DNA of 64,000 bases from an uncultured Candidatus Saccharibacteria bacterium (lineage in GTDB: Bacteria > Patescibacteriota > Dojkabacteria > SC72), in NCBI GenBank assembly GCA_964621195.1, contig CAZULJ010000002.1, forward strand, positions 83,665 to 147,664, read 5' to 3'. Position 1 is the first letter of the stretch; the number at the start of each line of letters is the position of its first letter. Below, in pieces: positions 9,987-20,210 of the stretch. Below the pieces are notes generated by a model. That model did not search any database, was not told the origin of the DNA, and worked only from the letters and a program-made list of their open reading frames with translations. The translations under genes were made by a program, and so were the position numbers.

Positions 9987-10769
9987 ATGAGAATGAAAAA
10001 ACAAACCGTCGAACGTATAAAGCCATTACTATTCCTGTATAGAATTCTATTACCCTTCGTCGATATGAACAAGTTCCTAGCTTCCTTATATGGGATCTTC
10101 TGGTACACAAAAGATCTATTCAAATATATGATTAAATCTAGAACTTGGTTAATAAATCTCGACCTTTATCCAATACTGGATGAAAAAACAAAAATTACAG
10201 GAGTAGATTACCAATATCTATATCAACAGCTTTGGGTGTTCAATAACGTTAATAAAATTAAACCAAAGGATCACTACGATATTAGCTCCACATATCAAAT
10301 GAGCGGTTACTTAGCAGGTATTACGAATGCTCACTTCTTAGATATCAGACCTGTCCAAGCTGATATAGAAAATTTAGAGCTACTTGAAGGAGAGATTGAG
10401 AATCTTCCTTTTGAAGACAATTCTCTTGAATCTGTATCTTGTCTTCATGTTATTGAGCATATAGGCCTTGGAAGGTACGGTGATCGATTAAATATTGATG
10501 GACCAGAGATCGCATGCAGAGAGTTATCGAGAGTTGTTAAACCTGGAGGATATCTCTATTTATCAACACCGATAGGGAGGGAAAGAATCTGTTTTAATGC
10601 TCATCATGTTTTCAATCCTTACACAATCTTGGATTATTGCGAAGGTCTTGAATTAGTGGAGTTTAATGTCGTAGATGATTTAGGGAAATTGCATAAGGAT
10701 ATAAAGATCCGTGATTACAAGCAAAATGAATATTCTCTAGGAATGTTCAAATTTAGGAAGAAGAAATAA
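9987..10769 (+). CDS. DUF268-like / class I SAM-dependent methyltransferase
   Basis: LPFEDNSLESVSCLHVIEHIGLGRYGD, RVVKPGG. Confidence 0.8.
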   Translation: MRMKKQTVERIKPLLFLYRILLPFVDMNKFLASLYGIFWYTKDLFKYMIKSRTWLINLDLYPILDEKTKITGVDYQYLYQQLWVFNNVNKIKPKDHYDISSTYQMSGYLAGITNAHFLDIRPVQADIENLELLEGEIENLPFEDNSLESVSCLHVIEHIGLGRYGDRLNIDGPEIACRELSRVVKPGGYLYLSTPIGRERICFNAHHVFNPYTILDYCEGLELVEFNVVDDLGKLHKDIKIRDYKQNEYSLGMFKFRKKK

Positions 10770-10778
10770 AAATTTTAA

Positions 10779-11609
10779 CTATCTCTTCTTAAAATAGGCA
10801 ATATTGAAAAGAAGCCTTTTTATAAATACGGGAATTGTGTACATACTTAACAATTGTATTAATCTCCATACCTGATCTCCAAGCCTAGGTTTAAATTTGT
10901 ACTCAAACTCAGCCTTAAATGATAGGTATATAGTAACAGCTTGCATATACCTCATTCGGGCATTAGTGGCAGATTTTCTATGTATTCTATACTTTACTAA
11001 TTCGTCTTCAATATTCGCTAAATCCCCAAACTGAGAAATATCAAGGGTAATAGCATAATCTTCAGAAATACCAAGTTTGCTGGGGTATCCATTTGTTTTA
11101 TCTATAGCTTCCTTTCTCCATATTGAGGCTGGGTGAGGAACAGGATCAAACCTTAATATTATATTTCTTATATCAGCATCAGAGAGTGGATAACTTCTAC
11201 TTCCCATGATATTTAAATCTTCGTCGCATATTACCATTGATCCACCTGATACAACGACATCAGGATTGTTCTCCATAAATTCGATCTGTTTTTCTATTCT
11301 ATAAGGGAAGCTCCAATCATCTGCGTCCATTCTCACAACATATTTTCCTTTGCAAAGTTTTAAACCTTTGTTTGATGATCCTCCTGCATTTAAATTTGAA
11401 TCATTCCTCGTAGCAATAATCCGTTTATCTTGTTTTGCATATCTCTCAATGATCTCCCAAGTATTATCCTTGGAACAATCTTCTACTATTATAAATTCAA
11501 AGTTCTTATATGTTTGTTCTAAGATGCTCTCAATTGCTAAACCTATGTATTTCTCAGCGTTGTATGCTGTCATCAATACTGAGACTAGGGGGTTATTTTT
11601 CTTTTGCAT
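10779..11609 (-). CDS. GT2 glycosyltransferase
   Basis: PLVSVLMTAYNAEKY, RMDADD, EDY. Confidence 0.9.
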   Translation of the reverse strand: MQKKNNPLVSVLMTAYNAEKYIGLAIESILEQTYKNFEFIIVEDCSKDNTWEIIERYAKQDKRIIATRNDSNLNAGGSSNKGLKLCKGKYVVRMDADDWSFPYRIEKQIEFMENNPDVVVSGGSMVICDEDLNIMGSRSYPLSDADIRNIILRFDPVPHPASIWRKEAIDKTNGYPSKLGISEDYAITLDISQFGDLANIEDELVKYRIHRKSATNARMRYMQAVTIYLSFKAEFEYKFKPRLGDQVWRLIQLLSMYTIPVFIKRLLFNIAYFKKR

Positions 11610-11922
11610 TCTCCTTTGCGACCTCTCTAACAATTTTAGTTATTTGTTTATTCAAATTATCAATTTTTGTATTTTGATTAAAAAGAAAAAAGAATAAAAA
11701 TATAATTGATAGATAAATTAACACATCCACACCTCTTCCAACTCCAGAGACTTGTCCAATTTGCCAGATTATTTCTGGAAACCACACTACAAATAAGGCA
11801 ATACCCCAGAAGGTCATCCAAACAAGAATCTTTCCAAATATTACTTTATCTTTATAGAACTTGATAAAGAGCTGGATCATGAATAATGCGATGATGAATG
11901 TTGCGATATATTGGATAGCCAT
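11593..11922 (-). CDS. DUF2304 family membrane protein
   Basis: GVGRGVD motif, C-terminal ITKIVREVA; typical partner of the upstream GT2; TAATG coupling. Confidence 0.85.
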   Translation of the reverse strand: MAIQYIATFIIALFMIQLFIKFYKDKVIFGKILVWMTFWGIALFVVWFPEIIWQIGQVSGVGRGVDVLIYLSIIFLFFFLFNQNTKIDNLNKQITKIVREVAKENAKEK

Positions 11923-12605
11923 TATTCCCTTAATTTTGCAGAAATTAATCTCCACGCAATATTTATACTGTTAAATACGCTCTGTCCTTTCGCCATTGAG
12001 TATTCTGTGTAATGTATTGTAACGGGTACTTCTGTATATTTAAGATCTAGTATTTTTATCTTATCTAATATTTCTGAAGCATGTTCCATTCTGTCGTGTT
12101 GAATGTTTAACTTCTTTGCAGTTTCTGATGTCATAGCTCTTAGACCATTGTGTACATCAGTTAACCATATTCTAGAGAGTAGGTATGTAAATATTATTGC
12201 TCCTTTAAGAAGTATTTTCTTTTTTAATGGGATATCATTCTCTTGTAAGAATCTAGATCCTAATACAATATCGTATTTACCTTTTATTAATGTATCTAGC
12301 ATTGTATCTAGGTCTTTTACATCGTGTTGCCCATCAGAATCAAAGTTGATTATATATTTTGCTCCCCTTTCTATTGCTATTTCCATTCCTGTTTGCAATG
12401 CTGCTCCCTGTCCTCTGTTTATTATATGTTTTGCAATTATTACATTGGTATTCCTTTTTACTACCTCATATCCATTATCTTTACTTCCATCATCTACTAC
12501 TACAATATTTTTATATCCATTATCTTGAAGAGACTTTATTACTTTGAGAATCATTTTCTCATCATTGTAGAGTGGGATTGTTATGTATGTTTGGGATTTG
12601 TTCAT
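11922..12605 (-). CDS. GT2 polyprenol-phosphate glycosyltransferase
   Basis: VVDDGSKD, NRGQGAALQTG, FDSDGQH, TDVHNGLRA, HASEI. Confidence 0.9.
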   Translation of the reverse strand: MNKSQTYITIPLYNDEKMILKVIKSLQDNGYKNIVVVDDGSKDNGYEVVKRNTNVIIAKHIINRGQGAALQTGMEIAIERGAKYIINFDSDGQHDVKDLDTMLDTLIKGKYDIVLGSRFLQENDIPLKKKILLKGAIIFTYLLSRIWLTDVHNGLRAMTSETAKKLNIQHDRMEHASEILDKIKILDLKYTEVPVTIHYTEYSMAKGQSVFNSINIAWRLISAKLRE

Positions 12606-12686
12606 TGAGAGGATTATACAGGATTTATTTTTAAAAAACTATATGTATAATAAAGGAGTTATTAATATAAAATTATCTTCAATAAT

Positions 12687-13379
12687 ATGTCTTTTTTAAT
12701 GAATCAGAGAGAAAGTGCATATCGGCAGAATAGCAAAAATATTTTAGATATTTACGAAAAAAATAAAGACGCTAAGTTTGTAGATTTAGGGTGTGACAAC
12801 GGTAAATGGACAATGAAAATGGCAGAGAGAATAGGGACCAAGGACGTTCATGGGACTGAAATTCTTGAAAGGACTGCCAAATTAGCAAAAAAGAATGGAG
12901 TTAATGTCTCAATTGGCGACCTAAATAAAAGATTACCCTACAAGGATGGAATGTTTGATGTTGTTCATGCTAATCAAGTGATTGAACATCTGAATAATAC
13001 TGATATGTTTATGGATGAAATATATAGAATACTCAAACCTGGGGGCTACGCTGTAATCTCAACAGAGAATCTTTCTAGTTGGCACAATATCCTTGCTCTG
13101 GTTCTTGGCTTTATGCCTTTTTCATTAACAAATATTTCTACAAAGAAAGCAGCAATTGGTAATCCGTTTGCTCCACATGCAGGGAAGGAAGCTACGATAG
13201 AAAGCTCTTGGCAACACATGAGAATTTTTACGATATATGGATTAAAAGAACTAAGTAAAGAAGTCGGATTCACTATTGAAAAAGTATTGGCTTCTGGATA
13301 TTACCCATTAGGAAATTGGTTTAGTAAGATTGATCCCAATCATTCTCATTTCTTTGTCTTAAAGCTAAGGAAAGAATAA
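12687..13379 (+). CDS. Class I SAM-dependent methyltransferase
   Basis: VDLGCDNG, FDVVHANQVIEHL, RILKPGG. Confidence 0.9.
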   Translation: MSFLMNQRESAYRQNSKNILDIYEKNKDAKFVDLGCDNGKWTMKMAERIGTKDVHGTEILERTAKLAKKNGVNVSIGDLNKRLPYKDGMFDVVHANQVIEHLNNTDMFMDEIYRILKPGGYAVISTENLSSWHNILALVLGFMPFSLTNISTKKAAIGNPFAPHAGKEATIESSWQHMRIFTIYGLKELSKEVGFTIEKVLASGYYPLGNWFSKIDPNHSHFFVLKLRKE

Positions 13380-13387
13380 ATTTGCTC

Positions 13388-14251
13388 CTATATCCTGTTC
13401 CAAGTCCTTGGAGTAATGCCTGTATTTACGGCTAATAGACTTTGGGTCCATCTTTTGGGAGCTACGACCTCCTTATCTTTATTTTTATTTAACCAAGCCC
13501 CCCACCAGGAAAAGGAACTATTCGCAATAATGTTATTCTTGCATAAACTCATTAGAATTATTTCTTGCGCAGAGTTAAAATTATGCTTTGATACAAAGTA
13601 AGTATCTTTAGGCAAAAATGTGAAATTTTCTTTAACCCAGTCTATATCATCAGAAAAGATATAAATTCTTGGATTTTTTAAAGCTATCGTTTGAAGGGCT
13701 TGCTTATAATACTCAACCCCGAGTATTCCATGATGTTTTTTAGCTTTTATATCCGTAACATAATCTCCTCTCCGAATATGCATAGAAACGGTATCGTTAT
13801 CATTTTCTATTATTTTTGCAACTTCAAGATATTCTTTTGTCTGTTGATCTTTTGTTAAAGAGAATTCTCTTAATATTTCTTGTCTATATTTTTTGAAAAA
13901 ATTATCACTCTGGAAATATCCGTCTAAGTATAGATTTTCTACACCTAGATATTTTTCTATTGGATAAATACCAGTAAAAATCGTATAAAATTTGGAACAT
14001 ATTTCATCAAGTTGTTTTGTAAATCTATTCCTTGGGCCTCTGAATCTTTTTACTTCGGAATCTTTTGCAGCAGGTGTGGTAATATTAAAGAGGGATAATT
14101 CGAAAGACCTCTTAGTATGAGAAGATGGGATAGAGGAGTAATAGGAAATATCTAGCTTGTAGATACTTTTATAATCCTTTGCAAGAGCATAGCCACAAGC
14201 GTACTGGAACATTTGATTTCCAAGTCCTCCTTTTAAGTGTGTAATGATCAT
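13388..14251 (-). CDS. Alpha-1,2-fucosyltransferase family (GT11)
   Basis: GGLGNQMFQYA, GYFQS, HIRRGDY, FSDD, NSSFSWWGAWL. Confidence 0.92.
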   Translation of the reverse strand: MIITHLKGGLGNQMFQYACGYALAKDYKSIYKLDISYYSSIPSSHTKRSFELSLFNITTPAAKDSEVKRFRGPRNRFTKQLDEICSKFYTIFTGIYPIEKYLGVENLYLDGYFQSDNFFKKYRQEILREFSLTKDQQTKEYLEVAKIIENDNDTVSMHIRRGDYVTDIKAKKHHGILGVEYYKQALQTIALKNPRIYIFSDDIDWVKENFTFLPKDTYFVSKHNFNSAQEIILMSLCKNNIIANSSFSWWGAWLNKNKDKEVVAPKRWTQSLLAVNTGITPRTWNRI

Positions 14252-14255
14252 ATTT

Positions 14256-16091
14256 TTAAACTAATATCTTAAAATCTTCAGATTTATTGCTTAAATTCTT
14301 GTTATAAAATTTATCATTCAAAATATTCTCTTCCCATTTTTCATATATTAAATCGATCTCTTTACTAAACTCATCGTTATCCCTGGTCTTCGCCTCTGGT
14401 GTACCTACTGAGATAGATTCGTGGTGATATAACTCTACATAGGGCGTATAGACATTGTAATATCCTTTCTTAAGTAATTTAAGACAAAAATCTACATCAT
14501 TGAATGCTATTCTAAAACTTTTCTCCAGACCTTTAACCTCTTCGTACTTCTTCTTACTTACCATTAGGCATGCAGCTGTAACAGCAGAGTAGTTTTTAAT
14601 AATATCTTTTTGAACGGGAAACCCTTGAATCTCCCTTGGAAAGAATTTAAAAGCATGTCCGGCAACACCTTTACCTGTACCCCCATTTATACCAAGTATT
14701 ACTCCTGCATGTTGAATTGTGTTATTGGGATAGAATAGTTTTACTCCGACAGCACCGACTTCTTCTCTTTGTGCATGTTCAAGCATTCCCTCTATCCAAT
14801 TGGGAGAGAGAACCTCTGTATCATTATTTAAAAGTACAATATATTCTCCTTTAGAATTCTTTACTCCAAAGTTATTCACTGCTGAATAGTTAAATTTCTC
14901 TTTCCATTCTAAAATTTTTATCCTACTATCTTGTTTTAAGTCTTCGTAATAATCCAAAACTTTTTGTTCTTTACTGCCAGTATCAATTATTATAATCTCA
15001 ATATTTTTGTATGTAGTTTTTTCAAGTAAGGAGGAAATACACCTCTCTATATATTCATATTTGTCTAGAGTAGGGATTAATATACTAACTAGGGGGGAGC
15101 CCTTAATTTTATATTTCACTCTAAAGGAACCTGGAAAGAGACCATCATATACTTCACCCTTTAGATTTCTTCTCTTTAAAGCATCTGCTAATGCTTTGAT
15201 AGTAGTTTCCTTTGCATATCCCTTATCTGAATATTCAGAAGAAGTTGAGCCTGGAATCTTTCTCCAAGAGTAGAGTACTTCTGGTATATGTTCAATCTTG
15301 TTTGTTTTTTCCGTTATTCTTAAAAAGAGATCATAGTCTTGAGAACCTTCATATCCTTTTCTAAAACCCCCAACTTCATCAACGAGCTTTTTTCTTATAA
15401 CTGAAAGGTGGGACATATAGTTTGTTGACATAAATAGATCTGGTGACCAATCGGGTTTGAAAAATGGTTCAACTCTTTTACCACTCATATCAATCTTATC
15501 CTCATCTGAATATATAAAGTCAGTATCTGGTTTCTCATTGAGCAACTTCACTACTTCTGCTAATGAATGTGGTTGTATTATGTCATCGTTATCCATTAGT
15601 GCAACATATTCTCCTTCTGCTAATTCTAATGCAGTATTAGATGCTTCGGATATATGTCCATTCTTTTTTCTAAAGGTAACTTTTATTCTAGGACTTTTAG
15701 AGATTCTATGAAGGTAGCTTATAAGCTTTGGATCTGTAGAAGCATCATCTGCTATGCATAGTTCCCAATTTGTATATATTTGTTTCTTTATTGATTTAAT
15801 AGCCTCTTTTATCCACTTAACATCAACATTGTATACGGGCATAATAATACTTATGAGGGGTTTGTATTCTAAGTTTCCTAATTCTTTTTTTATTTGAGAT
15901 CTTTTATTAAGAGTAATTTCATTTCTTTTTAACCAGTATTTGTATATATTTGTTTCTTTGTTTAGTTGTTTCCGATACTCGATTGTATGCCTTATTCTTT
16001 TAAAGATTCGTTTAAAAGTAATAATTGGACCATCTTTTATTATATTTATAAAAAAATTCTTAAAATATTTTTTTAACTTTTTCTTCATCAT
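14256..16091 (-). CDS. Two-domain GT2 glycosyltransferase (paralog of 6598-8469)
   Basis: WELCIADD, YSDEDKID, PDWSP, GSQDYDL, LLNND, QHAGV, AVTAAC. Confidence 0.9.
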   Translation of the reverse strand: MMKKKLKKYFKNFFINIIKDGPIITFKRIFKRIRHTIEYRKQLNKETNIYKYWLKRNEITLNKRSQIKKELGNLEYKPLISIIMPVYNVDVKWIKEAIKSIKKQIYTNWELCIADDASTDPKLISYLHRISKSPRIKVTFRKKNGHISEASNTALELAEGEYVALMDNDDIIQPHSLAEVVKLLNEKPDTDFIYSDEDKIDMSGKRVEPFFKPDWSPDLFMSTNYMSHLSVIRKKLVDEVGGFRKGYEGSQDYDLFLRITEKTNKIEHIPEVLYSWRKIPGSTSSEYSDKGYAKETTIKALADALKRRNLKGEVYDGLFPGSFRVKYKIKGSPLVSILIPTLDKYEYIERCISSLLEKTTYKNIEIIIIDTGSKEQKVLDYYEDLKQDSRIKILEWKEKFNYSAVNNFGVKNSKGEYIVLLNNDTEVLSPNWIEGMLEHAQREEVGAVGVKLFYPNNTIQHAGVILGINGGTGKGVAGHAFKFFPREIQGFPVQKDIIKNYSAVTAACLMVSKKKYEEVKGLEKSFRIAFNDVDFCLKLLKKGYYNVYTPYVELYHHESISVGTPEAKTRDNDEFSKEIDLIYEKWEENILNDKFYNKNLSNKSEDFKILV

Positions 16092-16209
16092 TACTCTTTT
16101 TTTATACAATTTTGAATCATCATTCAGGGTTGAATACCGTTTAATTCTAGACGTTTATATATTTCTTTACAACCATCTCATTTACTTAAGAGTTTCTTGC
16201 ATATAAAAT

Positions 16210-17403
16210 ATGGCTATGAAAATACTCATCTCAACCGTAAGTCTATCTACTTACGCAGGAACAGATCTGTACACAGCAAGTTTAGGCAGACATCTTTTTG
16301 GATTAGGTCACGAAGTTACTATTTATTCTCCTCTGCTTGGTGAAATCTCTAGTAAAATAAAATCTTCAACTTCTATTAAAATAACTGATAATCTTGAGGA
16401 GATAAAAGAAGAGAAGTTTGATGTGTTACATATGCAGCACAATGTAAATGCCTGGATGTTACGAGCATATTTCCCGGATACTCCTGCAATAATGGCTGTT
16501 CATGGTATTCTACCTGATTTCGAACAACCACCTAGAATGGACCTTGGAATATTTAAATATCTTGTAGTTAGTGAAGGTGTTAGAGAACACTTAGTTAAGA
16601 ACCATGACATCCCTACAAGTAAGATTGAAGTACTAAACAACTGGGTAGATACAAAAAGGTTTCGTAAAAAGGCAGAAATAAACGAGAAGCCGAAGAAGCT
16701 TCTAGTCCTCTCCAACCATATGGCCAAGGAACATGAAAAGATATATTTAGAAGAGTGTAAAAAGAGAGATATTGAGATGATTCATGTGGGCCTACCAGAG
16801 AATCCTGTAAAAGACGTTGAAAAGTACATTAATATGGTTGATGTTGTGGTTACAGTTGGCAGAGGAGCTATGGAGTCTATGGCTTGTGGTAGAAACGTTA
16901 TTGTCTCAGATATAAATGGGATAGATGGGATGGTAACACCAGACACTTTCAATGAACTAATGAAGAATAATTTCTCTGGGCATAGATATCACAGAGAGGT
17001 AACAAAGAAAGCCTTTGCACAAGAACTAGACAAATACTCTTCTGAGTATTCTGAATGGCTAATAAAAGCAGTGCAGGAAAGATTTTCACCGGATTTTATC
17101 ATCGGGGAAATAGTAGAGATATATAAAGAGGCCTCAAGTACCAAAGTGATTACAGATAAAAAATATAAAGATGCAATATTTGAAATCACAATGCTTGCTA
17201 AGCTTCTTAAAGATAAAGATATTCATATACGAAATATTGAGAGCGAACTTCAAGACCTAAAAACTAAGAATGCCGATTATGAACTTTTGAAAAAACAATA
17301 TAAGCAATTAAAGAGTGATTACTTAAGTTTCTTAAATTCAAAAGCAGGGAGATTTGCTAGAAAAATACAAAGCCTAAAGCATAATCTAAGAGAGAAATTC
17401 TAA
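16210..17403 (+). CDS. GT-B (GT4-like) glycosyltransferase with C-terminal coiled coil
   Basis: GRGAMESMACGRNVI; heptad-rich C-terminus. Confidence 0.75.
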   Translation: MAMKILISTVSLSTYAGTDLYTASLGRHLFGLGHEVTIYSPLLGEISSKIKSSTSIKITDNLEEIKEEKFDVLHMQHNVNAWMLRAYFPDTPAIMAVHGILPDFEQPPRMDLGIFKYLVVSEGVREHLVKNHDIPTSKIEVLNNWVDTKRFRKKAEINEKPKKLLVLSNHMAKEHEKIYLEECKKRDIEMIHVGLPENPVKDVEKYINMVDVVVTVGRGAMESMACGRNVIVSDINGIDGMVTPDTFNELMKNNFSGHRYHREVTKKAFAQELDKYSSEYSEWLIKAVQERFSPDFIIGEIVEIYKEASSTKVITDKKYKDAIFEITMLAKLLKDKDIHIRNIESELQDLKTKNADYELLKKQYKQLKSDYLSFLNSKAGRFARKIQSLKHNLREKF

Positions 17404-17508
17404 AAAAGATATAATAAATTCAAGCTTTAGGTCAATCTTTCAATTTCATACCAAATATTGTACCCTATGCACAATACAGCCCATATTAATTTGTAATTGT
17501 ATTAATAT

Positions 17509-18522
17509 ATGAAATTACTAGTTACAGGTGGTGCAGGATTCATAGGATCTAACTTCATTAGATATTGGTTAGAGAAATATCCTGAAGACCATATTACAAA
17601 TCTAGATAAGCTAACATATGCAGGAAATCTAGAAAACCTTAAGGACATTGAAAACAATCCCAACTATAAATTTGTTAAAGGAGATATCTGTGATAAAGAG
17701 TTAGTAATGGATATCACTAAGGGAATGGATTTAATAGTTCACTTCGCAGCAGAATCCCACGTAGATAGAAGTATAGAAGGACCTGAAGAATTTGTTAAAA
17801 CAAATGTAGAAGGAACACTAAACTTACTAGAAGCAGCATTAGCTAATGGAGGTATTAGATTCCATCATGTATCTACAGATGAGGTATTTGGAGAACTACC
17901 TTTAGATGATCCTAAAGCTAAATTCAATGAATATATGGCATATGCACCAAAGAGTGTATACTCTGCATCTAAGGCATCCTCAGATCATCTAGTAAGAGCA
18001 TATTTCCATACACACAAACTACCTATTACAATCTCTAACTGTTCTAACAATTACGGACCATATCAATTCCCAGAGAAATTAATACCATTGATAATTACAA
18101 GGGCAATAATGGATGAAGAATTACCAGTATATGGAGATGGTATGCAAGTAAGAGATTGGATCCATGTAGAGGATCACTGTAGAGGTATAGAGTTATGTAT
18201 TAAGAAAGGAAAGATAGGGGAAACATATCTCTTTGGAGGTAATGGTGAAAAACCAAATATATGGATTGTAAAGAAGATACTAGAGTATCTTAAGAAACCA
18301 GAATCACTCATAGTGCATGTAGGTGATAGGAAGGGACACGACCTTAGATACGCTATAGACTATTCTAAAGCACAAAAAGAATTAGGATATGAACCAAGCA
18401 AATCTGTAGATGATTGGCTAAAGGATACCATTGATTGGTATGTAAACAATCAAGATTGGTGGAAACCACTTAAGCCTAAAGCAGATATACAAGCAGAGAA
18501 ATATCTTTCTAAAAGAATTTAA
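17509..18522 (+). CDS. rfbB: dTDP-glucose 4,6-dehydratase
   Basis: VTGGAGFIGSNF, HFAAESHVDRSI, VSTDEVFG, YSASK, NNYGPYQFPEKLIP. Confidence 0.97.
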   Translation: MKLLVTGGAGFIGSNFIRYWLEKYPEDHITNLDKLTYAGNLENLKDIENNPNYKFVKGDICDKELVMDITKGMDLIVHFAAESHVDRSIEGPEEFVKTNVEGTLNLLEAALANGGIRFHHVSTDEVFGELPLDDPKAKFNEYMAYAPKSVYSASKASSDHLVRAYFHTHKLPITISNCSNNYGPYQFPEKLIPLIITRAIMDEELPVYGDGMQVRDWIHVEDHCRGIELCIKKGKIGETYLFGGNGEKPNIWIVKKILEYLKKPESLIVHVGDRKGHDLRYAIDYSKAQKELGYEPSKSVDDWLKDTIDWYVNNQDWWKPLKPKADIQAEKYLSKRI

Positions 18523-18544
18523 ATTAATATATATTCTTTAAACA

Positions 18545-19627
18545 ATGAAAGCATTAATACTAGCAGGAGGAAGAGGAACAAGACTAAGACCTCTTACACA
18601 TACTAAGAACAAACATGCTCTACCAATTGGTAATAGGCCAATGATAGAGAGGATAATATTAGATGCAGTGGATTTAGGAATAAAGGATGTAATCATCAAT
18701 GTAAATGTAGGCGATACTGAAATGAGAGAGCTCTTAGGTGATGGTAAAAGATTTGGGTGTAAGATTTCTTACATTGAACAACCAGAACCAAATGGAATGA
18801 TGTATCCAATTAAGTTAGCAGAGAAATTAATCGGGGATGATGAATTTCTCTTCTCAGCAGGAGACAATATCCTAACAGGTGGTCTTAAACAACACTATGA
18901 AGATTTTAAAAAGAAAAAATCAGATGCTCATGTATTAGTAGTTAAAAGACCTGACTATCAAAACTTTGGTGTAGCTGTAATGAAGGATGGAAAGATAGTA
19001 AAGACAGTAGAGAAACCTAAAGAGTTTGTAAGTGATTTGGTCCTTTCTGCAATATATTTCTTTACACCTGCGGTATTCAAAGCCTTTGATCATGTAAAAC
19101 CAATAGATCCTAAAGGAACAGGAAAACCAGAATACTATCCGCCAGTAATTAACAACTGGATGATAGAGAATGGATATACAATGACAGCATCAGAAGTAAC
19201 AGGGTGGTGGAAAGATACAGGGGCACCAGAAGATTTAATACTTGCTAATAGACTAATACTTGAAAGAGAGGTGTTAGACATATGTGATGGTAAAGTAATA
19301 GATTCACATATAGAGGGAAGTGTAGAGATAAAGAATGGTGCAAAAGTAAAAAATAGTACCTTAAGAGGTCCTATCTCCATTGCAGAGAATGCAATAGTAG
19401 AAGATTCATACATAGGACCTTTTACATCAATTGGTGAAGGCTGTGTAGTTAAAAATGTTGAGATAGAAAACAGTATCCTAATGGGAAACTGTAATGTCCA
19501 TGATTTAGACAGAAGATTAGATAGCTGTTTAATAGGATGGAATGCAGAAGTAACAAGTAAAAATGGTCATCCTAAAGCAGACAGACTCTTCATCGGAGAT
19601 GATTCGAAAGTTGAAATTCATAAATAA
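18545..19627 (+). CDS. rfbA: Glucose-1-phosphate thymidylyltransferase (long form with C-terminal hexapeptide repeats)
   Basis: LAGGRGTRLRPLT, WWKDTG, YIGPFTSIG; located in the rml cluster. Confidence 0.88.
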   Translation: MKALILAGGRGTRLRPLTHTKNKHALPIGNRPMIERIILDAVDLGIKDVIINVNVGDTEMRELLGDGKRFGCKISYIEQPEPNGMMYPIKLAEKLIGDDEFLFSAGDNILTGGLKQHYEDFKKKKSDAHVLVVKRPDYQNFGVAVMKDGKIVKTVEKPKEFVSDLVLSAIYFFTPAVFKAFDHVKPIDPKGTGKPEYYPPVINNWMIENGYTMTASEVTGWWKDTGAPEDLILANRLILEREVLDICDGKVIDSHIEGSVEIKNGAKVKNSTLRGPISIAENAIVEDSYIGPFTSIGEGCVVKNVEIENSILMGNCNVHDLDRRLDSCLIGWNAEVTSKNGHPKADRLFIGDDSKVEIHK

Positions 19628-19644
19628 ATTGATATAGAAAGAGG

Positions 19645-20193
19645 ATGGAATTTAAAAGATTAAGTATTCCAGATTTAGTGTTGATTACTCCTAATATATT
19701 TGGTGATAATAGAGGATTTTTTAAGGAAACATACAATGAGAAGATTTTTAAAGAGAATGGTATAGATATTAAATGGGTACAGGATAATCACTCTAGATCC
19801 TCCAAGGGAGTCTTAAGAGGTCTTCATTGGCAAAAGGGTGAATTTGCTCAGGATAAACTCGTAAGAGTTGCAACGGGAAAGGTACTTGATGTTGCTGTAG
19901 ATATTAGAAGGGATTCTCCAACTTTTGGTAAGTATGAAGCAGTTGAGCTGTCCGATGAAAACCACTTTGTATTCCTTGTTCCTAAGGGTTTTGCACATGG
20001 TTTTTTAGTTTTGAGTGAAATTGCGGACTTTGAATACAAAGTAAGTAATTTTTACTCTAAAGAAAATGAAGGTGCCCTTCTTTGGAATGACCCTGATATT
20101 GGAGTAGATTGGCAAATAGGGAATCCTGTACTCTCTGAAAAGGATAAAGGGAATCCAGTTCTTAAGGATATAAATCCTGACGACCTATTCTAA
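19645..20193 (+). CDS. rfbC: dTDP-4-dehydrorhamnose 3,5-epimerase
   Basis: DNRGFF, QDNHSRS, GVLRGLH, GFAHGF. Confidence 0.96.
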   Translation: MEFKRLSIPDLVLITPNIFGDNRGFFKETYNEKIFKENGIDIKWVQDNHSRSSKGVLRGLHWQKGEFAQDKLVRVATGKVLDVAVDIRRDSPTFGKYEAVELSDENHFVFLVPKGFAHGFLVLSEIADFEYKVSNFYSKENEGALLWNDPDIGVDWQIGNPVLSEKDKGNPVLKDINPDDLF

Positions 20194-20210
20194 TTTCTAA
20201 GCTATTAACA

